A program made the translations under genes and the position numbers. DNA of 63,065 nucleotides, counting the filler. It is 6 parts of 6 records of this genome, joined end to end, with 100 filler letters (N's around TTAATTAATTAA, not from the genome) between each part and the next. Parts side by side here need not be neighbours in the genome. Positions count along the whole stretch, not along the records: positions 1 to 20,320 come from SRR2962707_2191; 5 more parts are not named here. One strand, given 5' to 3'. This document shows, piece after piece, positions 1 through 9,181 of the stretch (positions are counted from its first letter, which is position 1; each line of letters begins with the position of its first letter). The notes below the pieces were generated by a model. It ran no database searches. It was not told the DNA's origin and saw nothing but the letters and a program-made list of their open reading frames with translations.

Positions 1-2133
1 CGAGCTGTCGTCAACGCCGTCATTGTCGGTGACGACGTAGGCCTTGCCGTTGGCATCGATTGCCAGGCCTTCCACCTTGTCGACCACAAAACCATTGAGC
101 GCCTTCAGGTCGGGCAGCAGGTCGCGAACTTCTTCTTTCTCGACCAGCGGCAAGCCACCGCCCAAGGCTGCCGGCACCATCTGATCCATTGCGACGCGAT
201 AGATCTTCTTGATCGCAGCCTTGTCGCCGATCTGGTTGTCGCGTTCGATGATGTAGGCGTAACCGTCGTGGATTTCGATGTCGGAAAGGCCAACCCAGCC
301 CGCAGCCACAGGGGCATCGAGTGCGTAGCGCACAGCGCCCCATTCCTTGCTTTCGGTGTTGTAGGCCACCAGCTTGACCTCACCCTTGGCATCATCCTTC
401 CACGAGCGCTGCACCGGCATCCACAACACATCGCCGTCGCGAGCGATGCCTTCAAAGCCGAAGCGGATTTCTTGCGCCAGCAATTCGGCCGGCAATTCGA
501 TTTCCTGCTTGATGACGCCCTTGGCATTGACGTTGTAGAGCGCGTGCGGGATCAGCCGGTCGGTGCGGCCTTCCGAAGCGAGCCAGAAGCCCCCCTTGCC
601 ATCCAGCGTCACGCCTTCGATATCGAGCTTTTGCGCCGGGTACCCTGCACGAGTGATGTCCAGCGCCGATGTGATCCGGGCGGGTGTCTGTGTTGCATCG
701 ATTGTGAAGATCCGCGGCTGATAACCGTAGAAGCTGTCATTGATTGCGTAGAGTTTGCCGTTGCTTTCCGGATCGGAAGCCAGACCCGACAGAGCGCCCC
801 AGCCGATGAGGCTGTCAGCGCCGTGCGATGTGATCTGCGGATAGGCCGCAGGCGCTTCCTGCTGCTCATAAACCATCACATGGCTGCGCACGCCGCCATC
901 TTCGATCAGGTCGGCTTCGTTCGCTGTTACCAGAAGGTTGCGCGACGGAATGGCGACCAGGCCTTCAGGCGCAATACCCGACGGCAGCAACTGGGTGAGA
1001 ACCGGATTGGCCAGATCGCTGATGTCATAGACAGCCACGACAGAAGCGCGTTCGGCGCCGACGAACACATAGGGTGTGCCGTTGAAAGTGCCGACTTCGA
1101 TCGATTCCGGCTCGGCGCCCTTGGCGTCCGAACGCTTGTCGGGATAATGGCCGGCTTCGACGATGGCATATTCCAGCGACATGCCGGCATCATAGACCAC
1201 CGTTCCATCCTTCTTGAAGATGGTCCAGCCGCGCGAACCGCCTTCATAGTCGCCTTCATTGGCCGTGGCGAAGTGATCGTCATCGATCCATTTCACAGCA
1301 TCCGGCTCACGCTTGCGGTCGGCCTGCGTTTCGGTAAAATTCAATGCGCCGCGTTCATCGGTAAGGTCTACGTTTTCCAGCGTAACGGCTCCAGCCGAAA
1401 AATGCGAAACCACTTTGCCTTCGCGGTCGAGCACGACCATGTGGTTGTTTTCCTGCAGCGTCACCACGGTTTCGCCCAGGCCGTTGATATCGACGAATTC
1501 CGGCTCCGGATCATCAGCTCCGACGTCTGCAAGACCGGTCACATCGGTAAAACGCAGGCTACCGCAATCTACGGCGCCATCCTTGACGTCGATCATCGCC
1601 ACCTGACCTGCAGGCATCTGCGGCAACACGCCATCATTGAGATCTTCGTCGCGCTCGTTTTCGATGGCAATCACCAGAAACGAGCCGTCCTTGGCCTTGG
1701 CTATTGAATCGGGCTGGCCGCCCAGATCGCATTCAGCGGTAACCTCCCTGGTGTCGATGTCCACAGTCACCAGCTTGCCGCGAACTTCGACATAATCTTC
1801 AGATGTGTTGACAGCTACAAAGGCGGTGTTGCCGATAACGGTCGCAGAGGTCGGTTCGCCGCCCATTTCGACGTTCCCCAGCGGCTTGGGAGCTGCGGGG
1901 TCGGAAATGTCGACCAGACCAACAACGCCAAGCGGGCTGTCGGTGTAGACGAGCTGCATGCCGTCATCGCTTACGGCGATGATTTCAGAAGAAGTCTCGC
2001 GGTTTTGATCTTCGCCCGCAGCCATATTGAGCGGTGTCGCGAAGGAGGAGATACGATTGAAATTCATATCTGCAGCCGAAGCCGACGCGGCAATCAGTGC
2101 AAGAACGGAAGTATAGCTGAGCAGCCTGAACAT
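1..2133 (-). CDS. Secreted 'esterase-like activity of phytase' / alkaline-phosphatase-like beta-propeller protein (3' end truncated by window edge; absent from ORF track)
   Basis: Both ends translated by hand. ATG at 2133 with GGAG RBS gives MFRLLSYTSVLALIAASASAADMNFNRISSF (signal peptide) ...GGQPDSIA...IAIENERDED. The same frame at base 1 reads DKVEGLAIDANGKAYVVTDNDGVDDSS, typical of the phytase-like C-terminus. 711 codons span the two ends. Confidence 0.85.
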   Translation of the reverse strand, partial: MFRLLSYTSVLALIAASASAADMNFNRISSFATPLNMAAGEDQNRETSSEIIAVSDDGMQLVYTDSPLGVVGLVDISDPAAPKPLGNVEMGGEPTSATVIGNTAFVAVNTSEDYVEVRGKLVTVDIDTREVTAECDLGGQPDSIAKAKDGSFLVIAIENERDEDLNDGVLPQMPAGQVAMIDVKDGAVDCGSLRFTDVTGLADVGADDPEPEFVDINGLGETVVTLQENNHMVVLDREGKVVSHFSAGAVTLENVDLTDERGALNFTETQADRKREPDAVKWIDDDHFATANEGDYEGGSRGWTIFKKDGTVVYDAGMSLEYAIVEAGHYPDKRSDAKGAEPESIEVGTFNGTPYVFVGAERASVVAVYDISDLANPVLTQLLPSGIAPEGLVAIPSRNLLVTANEADLIEDGGVRSHVMVYEQQEAPAAYPQITSHGADSLIGWGALSGLASDPESNGKLYAINDSFYGYQPRIFTIDATQTPARITSALDITRAGYPAQKLDIEGVTLDGKGGFWLASEGRTDRLIPHALYNVNAKGVIKQEIELPAELLAQEIRFGFEGIARDGDVLWMPVQRSWKDDAKGEVKLVAYNTESKEWGAVRYALDAPVAAGWVGLSDIEIHDGYAYIIERDNQIGDKAAIKKIYRVAMDQMVPAALGGGLPLVEKEEVRDLLPDLKALNGFVVDKVEGLAIDANGKAYVVTDNDGVDDSS

Positions 2134-2178
2134 GTTGAAGTCTCCGTGTTAAATCCACGGAGGTTTGGCATGCTCATG

Positions 2179-2218
2179 ATTACAGGGTTATGACGCCATC
2201 ATGACGGTTTCATGAATG
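2179..2218 (-). promoter_or_regulatory. Pho box (PhoB site), four half-sites
   Basis: Minus strand reads CATTCAT-gaaa-CCGTCAT-gatg-GCGTCAT-aacc-CTGTAAT. Period is exactly 11 nt, matching CTGTCAT-N4 repeats, 45 nt upstream of the phosphatase-like gene. Confidence 0.8.
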
Positions 2219-2288
2219 CCGGGAGCTGCCGGAAAACGCCTGTGTGCTCATCCCGGCTCGCGGTTTCCGGCAGTTATCTCAATCCCCC

Positions 2289-3860
2289 TCAGGCGGCTCC
2301 GGAGACCTTTTGTGGCTCAGCTGTGCGGTTGCTGTAGTCGAGGCGGGTCGGGGCGACCTCTTCAAGAAACACAGGCTTGCCGAAATAGTAGCCCTGAAAA
2401 CAGTCGCAGCCTGCAGCACAGGCGCGCAACAGATCGTCCTCGGTTTCAATCCCTTCAGCAACGACATATTTGCCCGAGCGTCTAGCGATCTCGACCACAG
2501 CACTGACGAAGACATCGGTAACATGATCGGTTCCAAGCGAACGGATGTAGCTTTTGTCAATCTTGATCACATCGTAGGGCAGCGCACGCAACTGGTTGAA
2601 TTCCGAGTAACCCATTCCGAAGTCATCAAGTGCAATCCGGAACCCCAGATCCTGCAGCGCCGAAATCTGTCCGGCGATGCGTTGATTGGCGGCCAGAGAT
2701 GCACTTTCGGTAATTTCCAGCACGATCCGCCTGGGGTCTGTCGCAGTTTCCGCCAGGATATCAAGCAGCTTCTGCTTCAGGTCGGGCATCGAAATCTGGT
2801 TGGCTGACAGATTGACGTTAACCGGGACATCCGGAAGATCTGCAAGATCCTCGCAAACCTGGCGAACGACATAGTTGCCAATCTCACCGATCATCAAGGC
2901 GCGTTCGGCAACAGGGATAAACACATCCGGCGGAATGACACCCCGAAGCGCGTGGCGCCAGCGCAGCAACGCCTCGAATGCGATCAATTGGCCATGGGAG
3001 TCGACGATCGGCTGATACGCCACTCGCAGGTGTCGGAGCAGCATCGCCGCCCGCAGTTCCCGCACCAGAGCTTTCTCATTGCGAATGTCGGTGAGCATTT
3101 CTTCCTGAAACAGCGTGGCACACGCCCTCCCGCCATTCTTTGATGCATAGAGCGCCATATCTGCATTGACCACCAGCGAACTCCAGGTTCTGCCGTGAAA
3201 CGGCGCGAGGCCAATTCCGATCGAGGCAGACACCGCCAATCGCCGTGAACCAAGGTTGACCTCACTGGCCAATCCGGCTGCGAAGCGGGAACACAATTCA
3301 TGGGCCCATTTGCCTGTCATCGGGTCGGAGTGCTCGATCAGGACGGCAAACTCGTCCCCTCCAAGCCGGCCAACGCTTGCGCCTGGAAAATACTGTTGCA
3401 GCTGTTCGGCTACGAAGACCAGAACCTTGTCACCGGCCGGATGGCCATGGGTGTCGTTGACCTGCTTGAAGTGATCGACATCGATCAGGAAAAGCGCAAA
3501 GAATTTCTTCTTGCCATGTTTGGCAAGGGCAGACTTGGCGTTAGCAACGAATGTCTCGCGGTTGAAAACACCGGTCAGAACATCGCGTTTGGAATCTGCA
3601 ACAAGCCTTCCATGCTCCTGGCTGAGGGCGCGTAACCTTCCCCGTATATCCAGGAGAGAAACGACAAGAAACAAGATGACGACAGCCAGGCCGCCGACGA
3701 GCGCCACGTCGACAATTCTCGAATAGATGTCGTCGCCGGGATTTGCAGTGTCAAAAAGCTGATTGAAGCCAAGACCGAGTGCCAGCACGCCAAGAAAGAT
3801 CACGGTAAAACTGAACTCCGCACCCCAATCAAGCCACCTATACCGAACTTTCCTGCGCAT
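2289..3860 (-). CDS. Membrane-anchored diguanylate cyclase/phosphodiesterase (2 TM-GGDEF-EAL)
   Basis: RDVLTGVFNR, IDVDHFKQVND, RLGGDEF, FEALLRW, IALDDFGMGYS, VAEGIET, FQGYYF; two N-terminal hydrophobic helices. Start moved to ATG 3860 (GGGAG RBS). Confidence 0.93.
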   Translation of the reverse strand: MRRKVRYRWLDWGAEFSFTVIFLGVLALGLGFNQLFDTANPGDDIYSRIVDVALVGGLAVVILFLVVSLLDIRGRLRALSQEHGRLVADSKRDVLTGVFNRETFVANAKSALAKHGKKKFFALFLIDVDHFKQVNDTHGHPAGDKVLVFVAEQLQQYFPGASVGRLGGDEFAVLIEHSDPMTGKWAHELCSRFAAGLASEVNLGSRRLAVSASIGIGLAPFHGRTWSSLVVNADMALYASKNGGRACATLFQEEMLTDIRNEKALVRELRAAMLLRHLRVAYQPIVDSHGQLIAFEALLRWRHALRGVIPPDVFIPVAERALMIGEIGNYVVRQVCEDLADLPDVPVNVNLSANQISMPDLKQKLLDILAETATDPRRIVLEITESASLAANQRIAGQISALQDLGFRIALDDFGMGYSEFNQLRALPYDVIKIDKSYIRSLGTDHVTDVFVSAVVEIARRSGKYVVAEGIETEDDLLRACAAGCDCFQGYYFGKPVFLEEVAPTRLDYSNRTAEPQKVSGAA

Positions 3861-4180
3861 CTTGCCATGCTCCCATACCAAGGTCTCTGCCTGATGAAGC
3901 ACCGCTGCGCAGACGCTTCTTTTTATCAAGCAAATAAAAATTCAATCAAAAATATCATCGTACGAATAGCCGCACGGTGCGTCCGTCCTGACGTTCACCG
4001 AAAGGCCTATCCTGCAAAAAATGTGCACATCATGCGCTGCACCAAAATAGCAAAGGCCTGTTAACGGATAGCAAACAAACGCTTGCAATTATTGAATAAA
4101 ATTCAAAAAAATCGAATTTCGGGCGAAGCTTCCGTAAGTCGCTACTTTATCTTGAAAAGCCCCATTTTACTGCAACCGGA

Positions 4181-5191
4181 TCAACGGCGGATACCGTAGC
4201 TCTGATAAGTCGCATCCAGGAACTGGAGGGCGCAGGCCTGCCAGGAAAATTCCAGCGCGCGGCTGCGGGCAACCTCCCCTGACAGATCAAGACACGCCAG
4301 CGCGGCCTTTCGCAGATCGGTGTCAACGGCACCTGCTGCGCTATCGCCGATAATATCCCGGGGGCCGGAAACCGGAAAGGCTGCAACCGGCACGCCTGAT
4401 GCCAACGCTTCCAAGACCACCAGACCAAAAGTGTCGGTCAACGATGGAAATACAAACACGTCGCCCATGGCATAAAGTGCTGCCAGCTCCGCCCCTGATT
4501 TGGCGCCGGTGAAAGTGACATCGGGGTAACGCGATCTGAAATCCTCAAGCATCGGACCGTCTCCCACAACCAGCTTGCTGCCGGGTAACTCCATGGCGAG
4601 AAACGCCTCGACGTTTTTCTCCACAGCCATCCGCCCGACATGCAGAAACACCGGCTTGGGCAAATCCAGCGGCGCCGGATAGCCGGGATAAAACAGCTCG
4701 GTATCGACGCCCCGCGACCAGATATGCAGATTGGTAAATCCCTTGGCCTCGAGTTCGTTGCGCAAGGTGGCGGTCGCGACCATGCAACCGCGTCCAGCAT
4801 TGTGAAACCAGCGCATGAAGCGGTAGAGCCAGCTTTCCGGGACCGGATACCGGGCCGAGACATACTCGGGAAACCTTGTGTGGTAGCTCGAGGTAAATCC
4901 GTCGCGTTTCAGCGCCACTCGCCGCGCAAGCAGACCCAGCGGCCCTTCGGTCGCAATCTGGATAAAATCCGGATCGGAGGAAGCAATGCGGCGGGCAACG
5001 CGCCCCGGTGTGGTCAGTGCAAGACGAATCTCGGGGTAGCCGGGCAAGGGAACAGTCCGAAACTCCGCCGGGGACAGAATGTCGATTTGGATGCCAAGCT
5101 TCTCGAGTTCACGCACCAGATTTTCGATGGATCGGACCACGCCATTGATCTGCGGGCGCCAGGCATCGGTAACAATCAACAGTTTGGGCAT
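4181..5191 (-). CDS. GT4 glycosyltransferase, Agt-like (glucosyl/glucuronosyl-diacylglycerol synthase)
   Basis: N-terminus MPKLLIVTDAWRPQINGVVRS; IATEGPLG, SYHTRFPEY, WSRGVD, VGRMAVEKN, FPSLTDTFGLVVLEALASGVPV. Start moved to ATG 5191. Confidence 0.88.
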   Translation of the reverse strand: MPKLLIVTDAWRPQINGVVRSIENLVRELEKLGIQIDILSPAEFRTVPLPGYPEIRLALTTPGRVARRIASSDPDFIQIATEGPLGLLARRVALKRDGFTSSYHTRFPEYVSARYPVPESWLYRFMRWFHNAGRGCMVATATLRNELEAKGFTNLHIWSRGVDTELFYPGYPAPLDLPKPVFLHVGRMAVEKNVEAFLAMELPGSKLVVGDGPMLEDFRSRYPDVTFTGAKSGAELAALYAMGDVFVFPSLTDTFGLVVLEALASGVPVAAFPVSGPRDIIGDSAAGAVDTDLRKAALACLDLSGEVARSRALEFSWQACALQFLDATYQSYGIRR

Positions 5192-5279
5192 GCACCGATC
5201 CGCCTTGGCGAGTGGCTGGTTTCGCGCGTTACCACTCTGATAGTCCGGCAAAGCCCCGCACGCAACATGGTGATGGACG

Positions 5280-7631
5280 TCAGAGCGCCAGCCGCAGCTT
5301 TTGACCGGCCGCACGCGAGCAGCACGCCATCATCCTGCCTCCCTCGGCCCGCTCCGATGCCGACAGTACCTTGTCGCGATGATCCACCTCGCCTTCAAGC
5401 ACCCGCACCTCGCAACTGCCGCAGAGCCCCTCCTCGCAATCACTCGGAACATCAATCCCGGCAGCTCGCACGACATCCAGCAGCGTCTGCCCGGCAGACA
5501 CGGTCAGGCTGAGATCCGAATCCTCAAGCTCGATGTCGAAAGCGGTGTCACCCGCCTGCATCGCGCCCGCACCGTCGGTGGAAAACACCTCGCTCCGCAG
5601 CACGCCTTCCGGCAGGCCTGTACAATGTGCGCTTAGCGCCTCAAGCAGGCCTGCAGGGCCACAGGCATGAATGCGGGCACCGCTCTCACCGCAATCGGCA
5701 ACAATCGATGCAAGGTCGGCACGATTACCCTCATCAGACACATGCAGCACCGCACGGGCACCATGATCCCGGGTCAATCGGTCGGCAAAGGCCATCGCAC
5801 CGCGCGATCGGCCGCAATAGTGAACCACGTAATCCCGGTTAAGCTGCTTGAGATGGTCGGCCATGGCGATGATGGGTGTGATGCCAATACCACCGGCGAT
5901 CAGGACATGACGGGCAGCGTCCTCCTCAAGCCGGAAATAGTTCTTCGGTCCGCGCAACCGGAGCAGCTGCCCCACCGCAAGAGTGTCATGGATTAAGCGC
6001 GAGCCGCCGCGCCCTTGATCCTCCCGCAGCACCGCTATGGTGTAATGCGGGTCTGACGGGTTGCCGCACAATGAGTATTTCCGGGAAAAATCACTAACCA
6101 CCAGATCGATATGCGCACCGGGCGTCCATGCAGGCAGCGGCAGACCGTCGGGATCTTCCAGACGCAACGTCTTGATGCCGCTGGCCGCATTGGCGATGTC
6201 AGCAATGCGTACAGTCCGGGCAATTTCCTTGCCGGACGGCGCACCTATCGGAAACGAGACGCTGCGATGAACAAGAGCCGGATCAGCCTGTTCCGGGTTG
6301 AGCGCCGGATCCCATTCGACAATCAATCTCTCCGGCCCGCGAAAGGCAAGATTGGGTAGATAGGTGAATTCCTGATCCTCGTCCAACCGCATATGCGGCA
6401 GCCGGCGGGCCAATTCCTCGATGAAAATCCGCATCTCCAGTCGCGCGAAATTCTTGCCCATGCACTGGTGACTGCCATAGCCGAAGGTCAGATGTTCTGC
6501 CGCGTTGTCGCGGTAGATGTCGAGGAAATCTCCATTCTCGAAATGCCGGGAATCATGATTGGCCGAGGCGCTGACAATCAGCAGCTTGGCTTCCGCAGGT
6601 ATGGCAACACCGGCAATCTCGGTATCCCGGGTCGCACGCCTGCGCCACGCGACCACCGAGCCCTCGAGCCGCAGGCATTCTTCCACGGCGTTGGGAATAA
6701 GTCCGGGATCCTTGCAGATCCGGTCCCAGACAACGTGATTTGACAGCAAAAGCTTCAGCGCATTGGTGCTCGCCAATGTGGTGGTCTCATGCCCTGCGAC
6801 AATGATCGCCATCATCATCGAATGCAGATAGGAATTTGTCACCACATCCGGAAGCTCGGCATTCTTGCGGATGGCGTGATGCATCCAGCCCTCGCCATCG
6901 GGCTCCTTGCGCATCTTGTCGAGCACCCGCCCGGCATATTGCCAGAACCGCCCAACCGCATCTGCCACCTTGATTTGCTGTTCCGGAGAAGGCTTGCCCC
7001 AGGTGTTGACCGTATGCGCGACGGAAAACTCCTTAAGAGCATCCATATCCTCCTTCGGCACTCCGAGAAAATGCAGCGCCACCGTCAGCGGAATTTCCCA
7101 CAGCATCGCTTCCACCAGATCGACCCTGCCAGCATCGACAAACGCATCGACCTTCTCGCGTGTCAGCTCACGGATCATGTCTTCCTTGGCGGCAAGATTG
7201 CCCGGCAGGAAATGCTCCATCAGCACGCGCCGGCGCTCCATATGGGCTGGCTCGTCCTCATTCACCAGGGTCCGGTTCAGCTCGTAATTGTAGCGCTTGA
7301 GGGTCTCCATCGCCTCCTGGCTTGGCGGCACGACCCGTTCCAGCGCGATGGACGGCGAGAACGTGACATTGTCGCGGAACACCGCCTTGACGTCCTCGTA
7401 ACGGCTGACCACCCAGTAGCCCAGGTCAGGACTGTAAAACAACGGTTCCTGATCCCGCGACCATTTCAGCGCGTCTGCTGGGTTGGCGAGATACTCCGCA
7501 GCAAACGGATCAAACGCCTGCGCCTGGGCCGACACCGGACATCCTGGCCCGCCGTCATGGATCGGGCAGCCCGCCACAGCCTGCGGATTGCTCCCGGTCT
7601 CAAAACGCCGCTCAGTCATGCCTCGCTCCAT
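5280..7631 (-). CDS. Self-sufficient cytochrome P450, class VII / CYP116B type (heme domain fused to FMN/NAD(P)H reductase and 2Fe-2S ferredoxin)
   Basis: I-helix AGHETT, EECLR, heme loop FGYGSHQCMG; reductase RKYSLCG and AGGIGITP; ferredoxin CEEGLCGSC...ACCSR. Alternative start at 7619. Confidence 0.95.
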   Translation of the reverse strand: MERGMTERRFETGSNPQAVAGCPIHDGGPGCPVSAQAQAFDPFAAEYLANPADALKWSRDQEPLFYSPDLGYWVVSRYEDVKAVFRDNVTFSPSIALERVVPPSQEAMETLKRYNYELNRTLVNEDEPAHMERRRVLMEHFLPGNLAAKEDMIRELTREKVDAFVDAGRVDLVEAMLWEIPLTVALHFLGVPKEDMDALKEFSVAHTVNTWGKPSPEQQIKVADAVGRFWQYAGRVLDKMRKEPDGEGWMHHAIRKNAELPDVVTNSYLHSMMMAIIVAGHETTTLASTNALKLLLSNHVVWDRICKDPGLIPNAVEECLRLEGSVVAWRRRATRDTEIAGVAIPAEAKLLIVSASANHDSRHFENGDFLDIYRDNAAEHLTFGYGSHQCMGKNFARLEMRIFIEELARRLPHMRLDEDQEFTYLPNLAFRGPERLIVEWDPALNPEQADPALVHRSVSFPIGAPSGKEIARTVRIADIANAASGIKTLRLEDPDGLPLPAWTPGAHIDLVVSDFSRKYSLCGNPSDPHYTIAVLREDQGRGGSRLIHDTLAVGQLLRLRGPKNYFRLEEDAARHVLIAGGIGITPIIAMADHLKQLNRDYVVHYCGRSRGAMAFADRLTRDHGARAVLHVSDEGNRADLASIVADCGESGARIHACGPAGLLEALSAHCTGLPEGVLRSEVFSTDGAGAMQAGDTAFDIELEDSDLSLTVSAGQTLLDVVRAAGIDVPSDCEEGLCGSCEVRVLEGEVDHRDKVLSASERAEGGRMMACCSRAAGQKLRLAL

Positions 7632-7715
7632 TTACTAATAGTGCACATTATGTTCTATAATTGTAACTCGACATCCGTTTTCCGGTCAACAAACCTCGCA
7701 AGTTACGGAGCTTGA

Positions 7716-8429
7716 ATGAGCACTTTGCAAACCCTGTCTCGTGGCATTCAGGTTCTCGAACTCATCTCCCGCTCGACGTCAGGCCTGCAGATTGCAGAAA
7801 TCGCGAAAGCCCTCGGCGTCCATCGGGCGATCGTTTACCGTCTGGTCGCAACCCTTGAAGAGCATTTGCTGGTGACCCGTGATGCAGAAGGCAGGGTCTT
7901 TATCGGCGGCGGTATAGTCGCACTCAGCGAACGCTATCAGCCCCAACTGCGTGCCGAAGCCCTGCCGATCCTGCGCTCGCTGGCGGAAGACAGCGGCGGG
8001 ACAGCCTTTCTGTGCATCGCGCAAGGCGACGAATGTGTCGCCATTGAAGTTGCCGAGCCGGAAAAACCCTTGTTGAAGGTGTCCTACCGGGTCGGCAGTA
8101 GACATCCGGTGACCAAGGGCGCAGCAGGCCTCGCCATTGCCATGCAACGACCGGCGCTGGCCACTGATCCACAGGAGCTTCAAAAAGCGAGACGCGACGG
8201 CTTTGCCCTCACCCATGGGCAGTTGCAGGACGGCGCAATCGGTGTAGCAGCCCCCCTGACGCATGCCTCCCGGCCAAGCCCAGGCGCGGAAGCCTGCATC
8301 GGCGTTGTCGCCATGCATGCGCTTGACACCGAACACGCAACCGCTGCGGTCCTGCATCACCGCGAGAGGCTGCTGGCCGCTATTTCCACAGCGCCACGCA
8401 TCCAATGCGCAGCGCAAAGAACTTTATAA
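7716..8429 (+). CDS. IclR-family transcriptional regulator, divergent from the P450
   Basis: QTLSRGIQVLELI...EIAKALGVHRAIVYRLVATL HTH; VGSRHP...GAAG and ARRDGFA...GVAAP effector-domain motifs. Confidence 0.92.
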   Translation: MSTLQTLSRGIQVLELISRSTSGLQIAEIAKALGVHRAIVYRLVATLEEHLLVTRDAEGRVFIGGGIVALSERYQPQLRAEALPILRSLAEDSGGTAFLCIAQGDECVAIEVAEPEKPLLKVSYRVGSRHPVTKGAAGLAIAMQRPALATDPQELQKARRDGFALTHGQLQDGAIGVAAPLTHASRPSPGAEACIGVVAMHALDTEHATAAVLHHRERLLAAISTAPRIQCAAQRTL

Positions 8430-8474
8430 AACGTTGAATTTGTGGGCTTATAACTTTGAAGCAAAGCCCCAACG

Positions 8475-9152
8475 CTAAGTCATTCCTGCCAGAATATCCC
8501 TGGCTTCGCGTTCGACCGCTTCCATAGCTTGATGGACAACGTCTTCCAGTCGAGCCGTTTCGCCATACTGCGAAAGATCAATCAACTCGCCAACAGCCAC
8601 AGCAACACGAGAAAACGGCAGCGGCATCTCCTGTTTGTCCCAGCGCGACTTCAGCACAATCTTCCGGGAACTTGCGACACCCACCGGCACCAGAACAACA
8701 CCATGCCCAGCGCTGAGATTGAGCGCTCCCGACCGGATGCGGTGATAAGGCCCCGCAGGGCCGTCAATGGCCAGCGCAATCAGGCTGGCACGTTCCCGAA
8801 CCTGCTGAACCAACGCCGGAAAGCCATGTGCTCTTGCCGCCATCGGAAGCAGCACAGGCCGGTAGCCAAAGCTCTTGCAGATCTCCCCGATCACCCGACC
8901 GCGAAAGGACTGGACGGTAATGACAACAGCATGTTTGCCTTGAGCCAAAGGGAACAGCGGCAGATACTTTCCGTGCCAGAAAACCGCCAGCACCTGATGC
9001 CCCTCTTCGACATACTGGTCCAGTTTGTCGAGTTGGCTCGTTTCCTTGCGAAGAGCAGCACTCCAGAGCCGCAAGATCCCGACAAAAGTTCCGGCAACCA
9101 GTCCGACACCGATCGAAGTTGCAGTTTGCCGCCAGCGCTCAGCCATTTTCAA
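8475..9152 (-). CDS. DUF374 / lysophospholipid-acyltransferase-like protein
   Basis: FWHG, AIDGPAGP and LKSRWDK..PLPFSR motifs. Confidence 0.8.
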   Translation of the reverse strand: MKMAERWRQTATSIGVGLVAGTFVGILRLWSAALRKETSQLDKLDQYVEEGHQVLAVFWHGKYLPLFPLAQGKHAVVITVQSFRGRVIGEICKSFGYRPVLLPMAARAHGFPALVQQVRERASLIALAIDGPAGPYHRIRSGALNLSAGHGVVLVPVGVASSRKIVLKSRWDKQEMPLPFSRVAVAVGELIDLSQYGETARLEDVVHQAMEAVEREARDILAGMT

Positions 9153-9181
9153 TCATGAGGTCAAACCACATCAGCGCCTCC

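Noticed and set aside
268..1707. 479-aa plus-strand ORF
   Set aside because: Antisense shadow of the minus-strand phosphatase-like gene; no motifs.
4092..4106. Palindrome TTGAAT-AAA-ATTCAA upstream of the GGDEF-EAL gene
   Set aside because: Does not fit FNR spacing and is plausible by chance in AT-rich intergenic DNA.
5192..5279. Pho box upstream of the glycosyltransferase
   Set aside because: The candidate half-sites (CTATCAG/TGGTAAC) are 9 nt apart, not 11.
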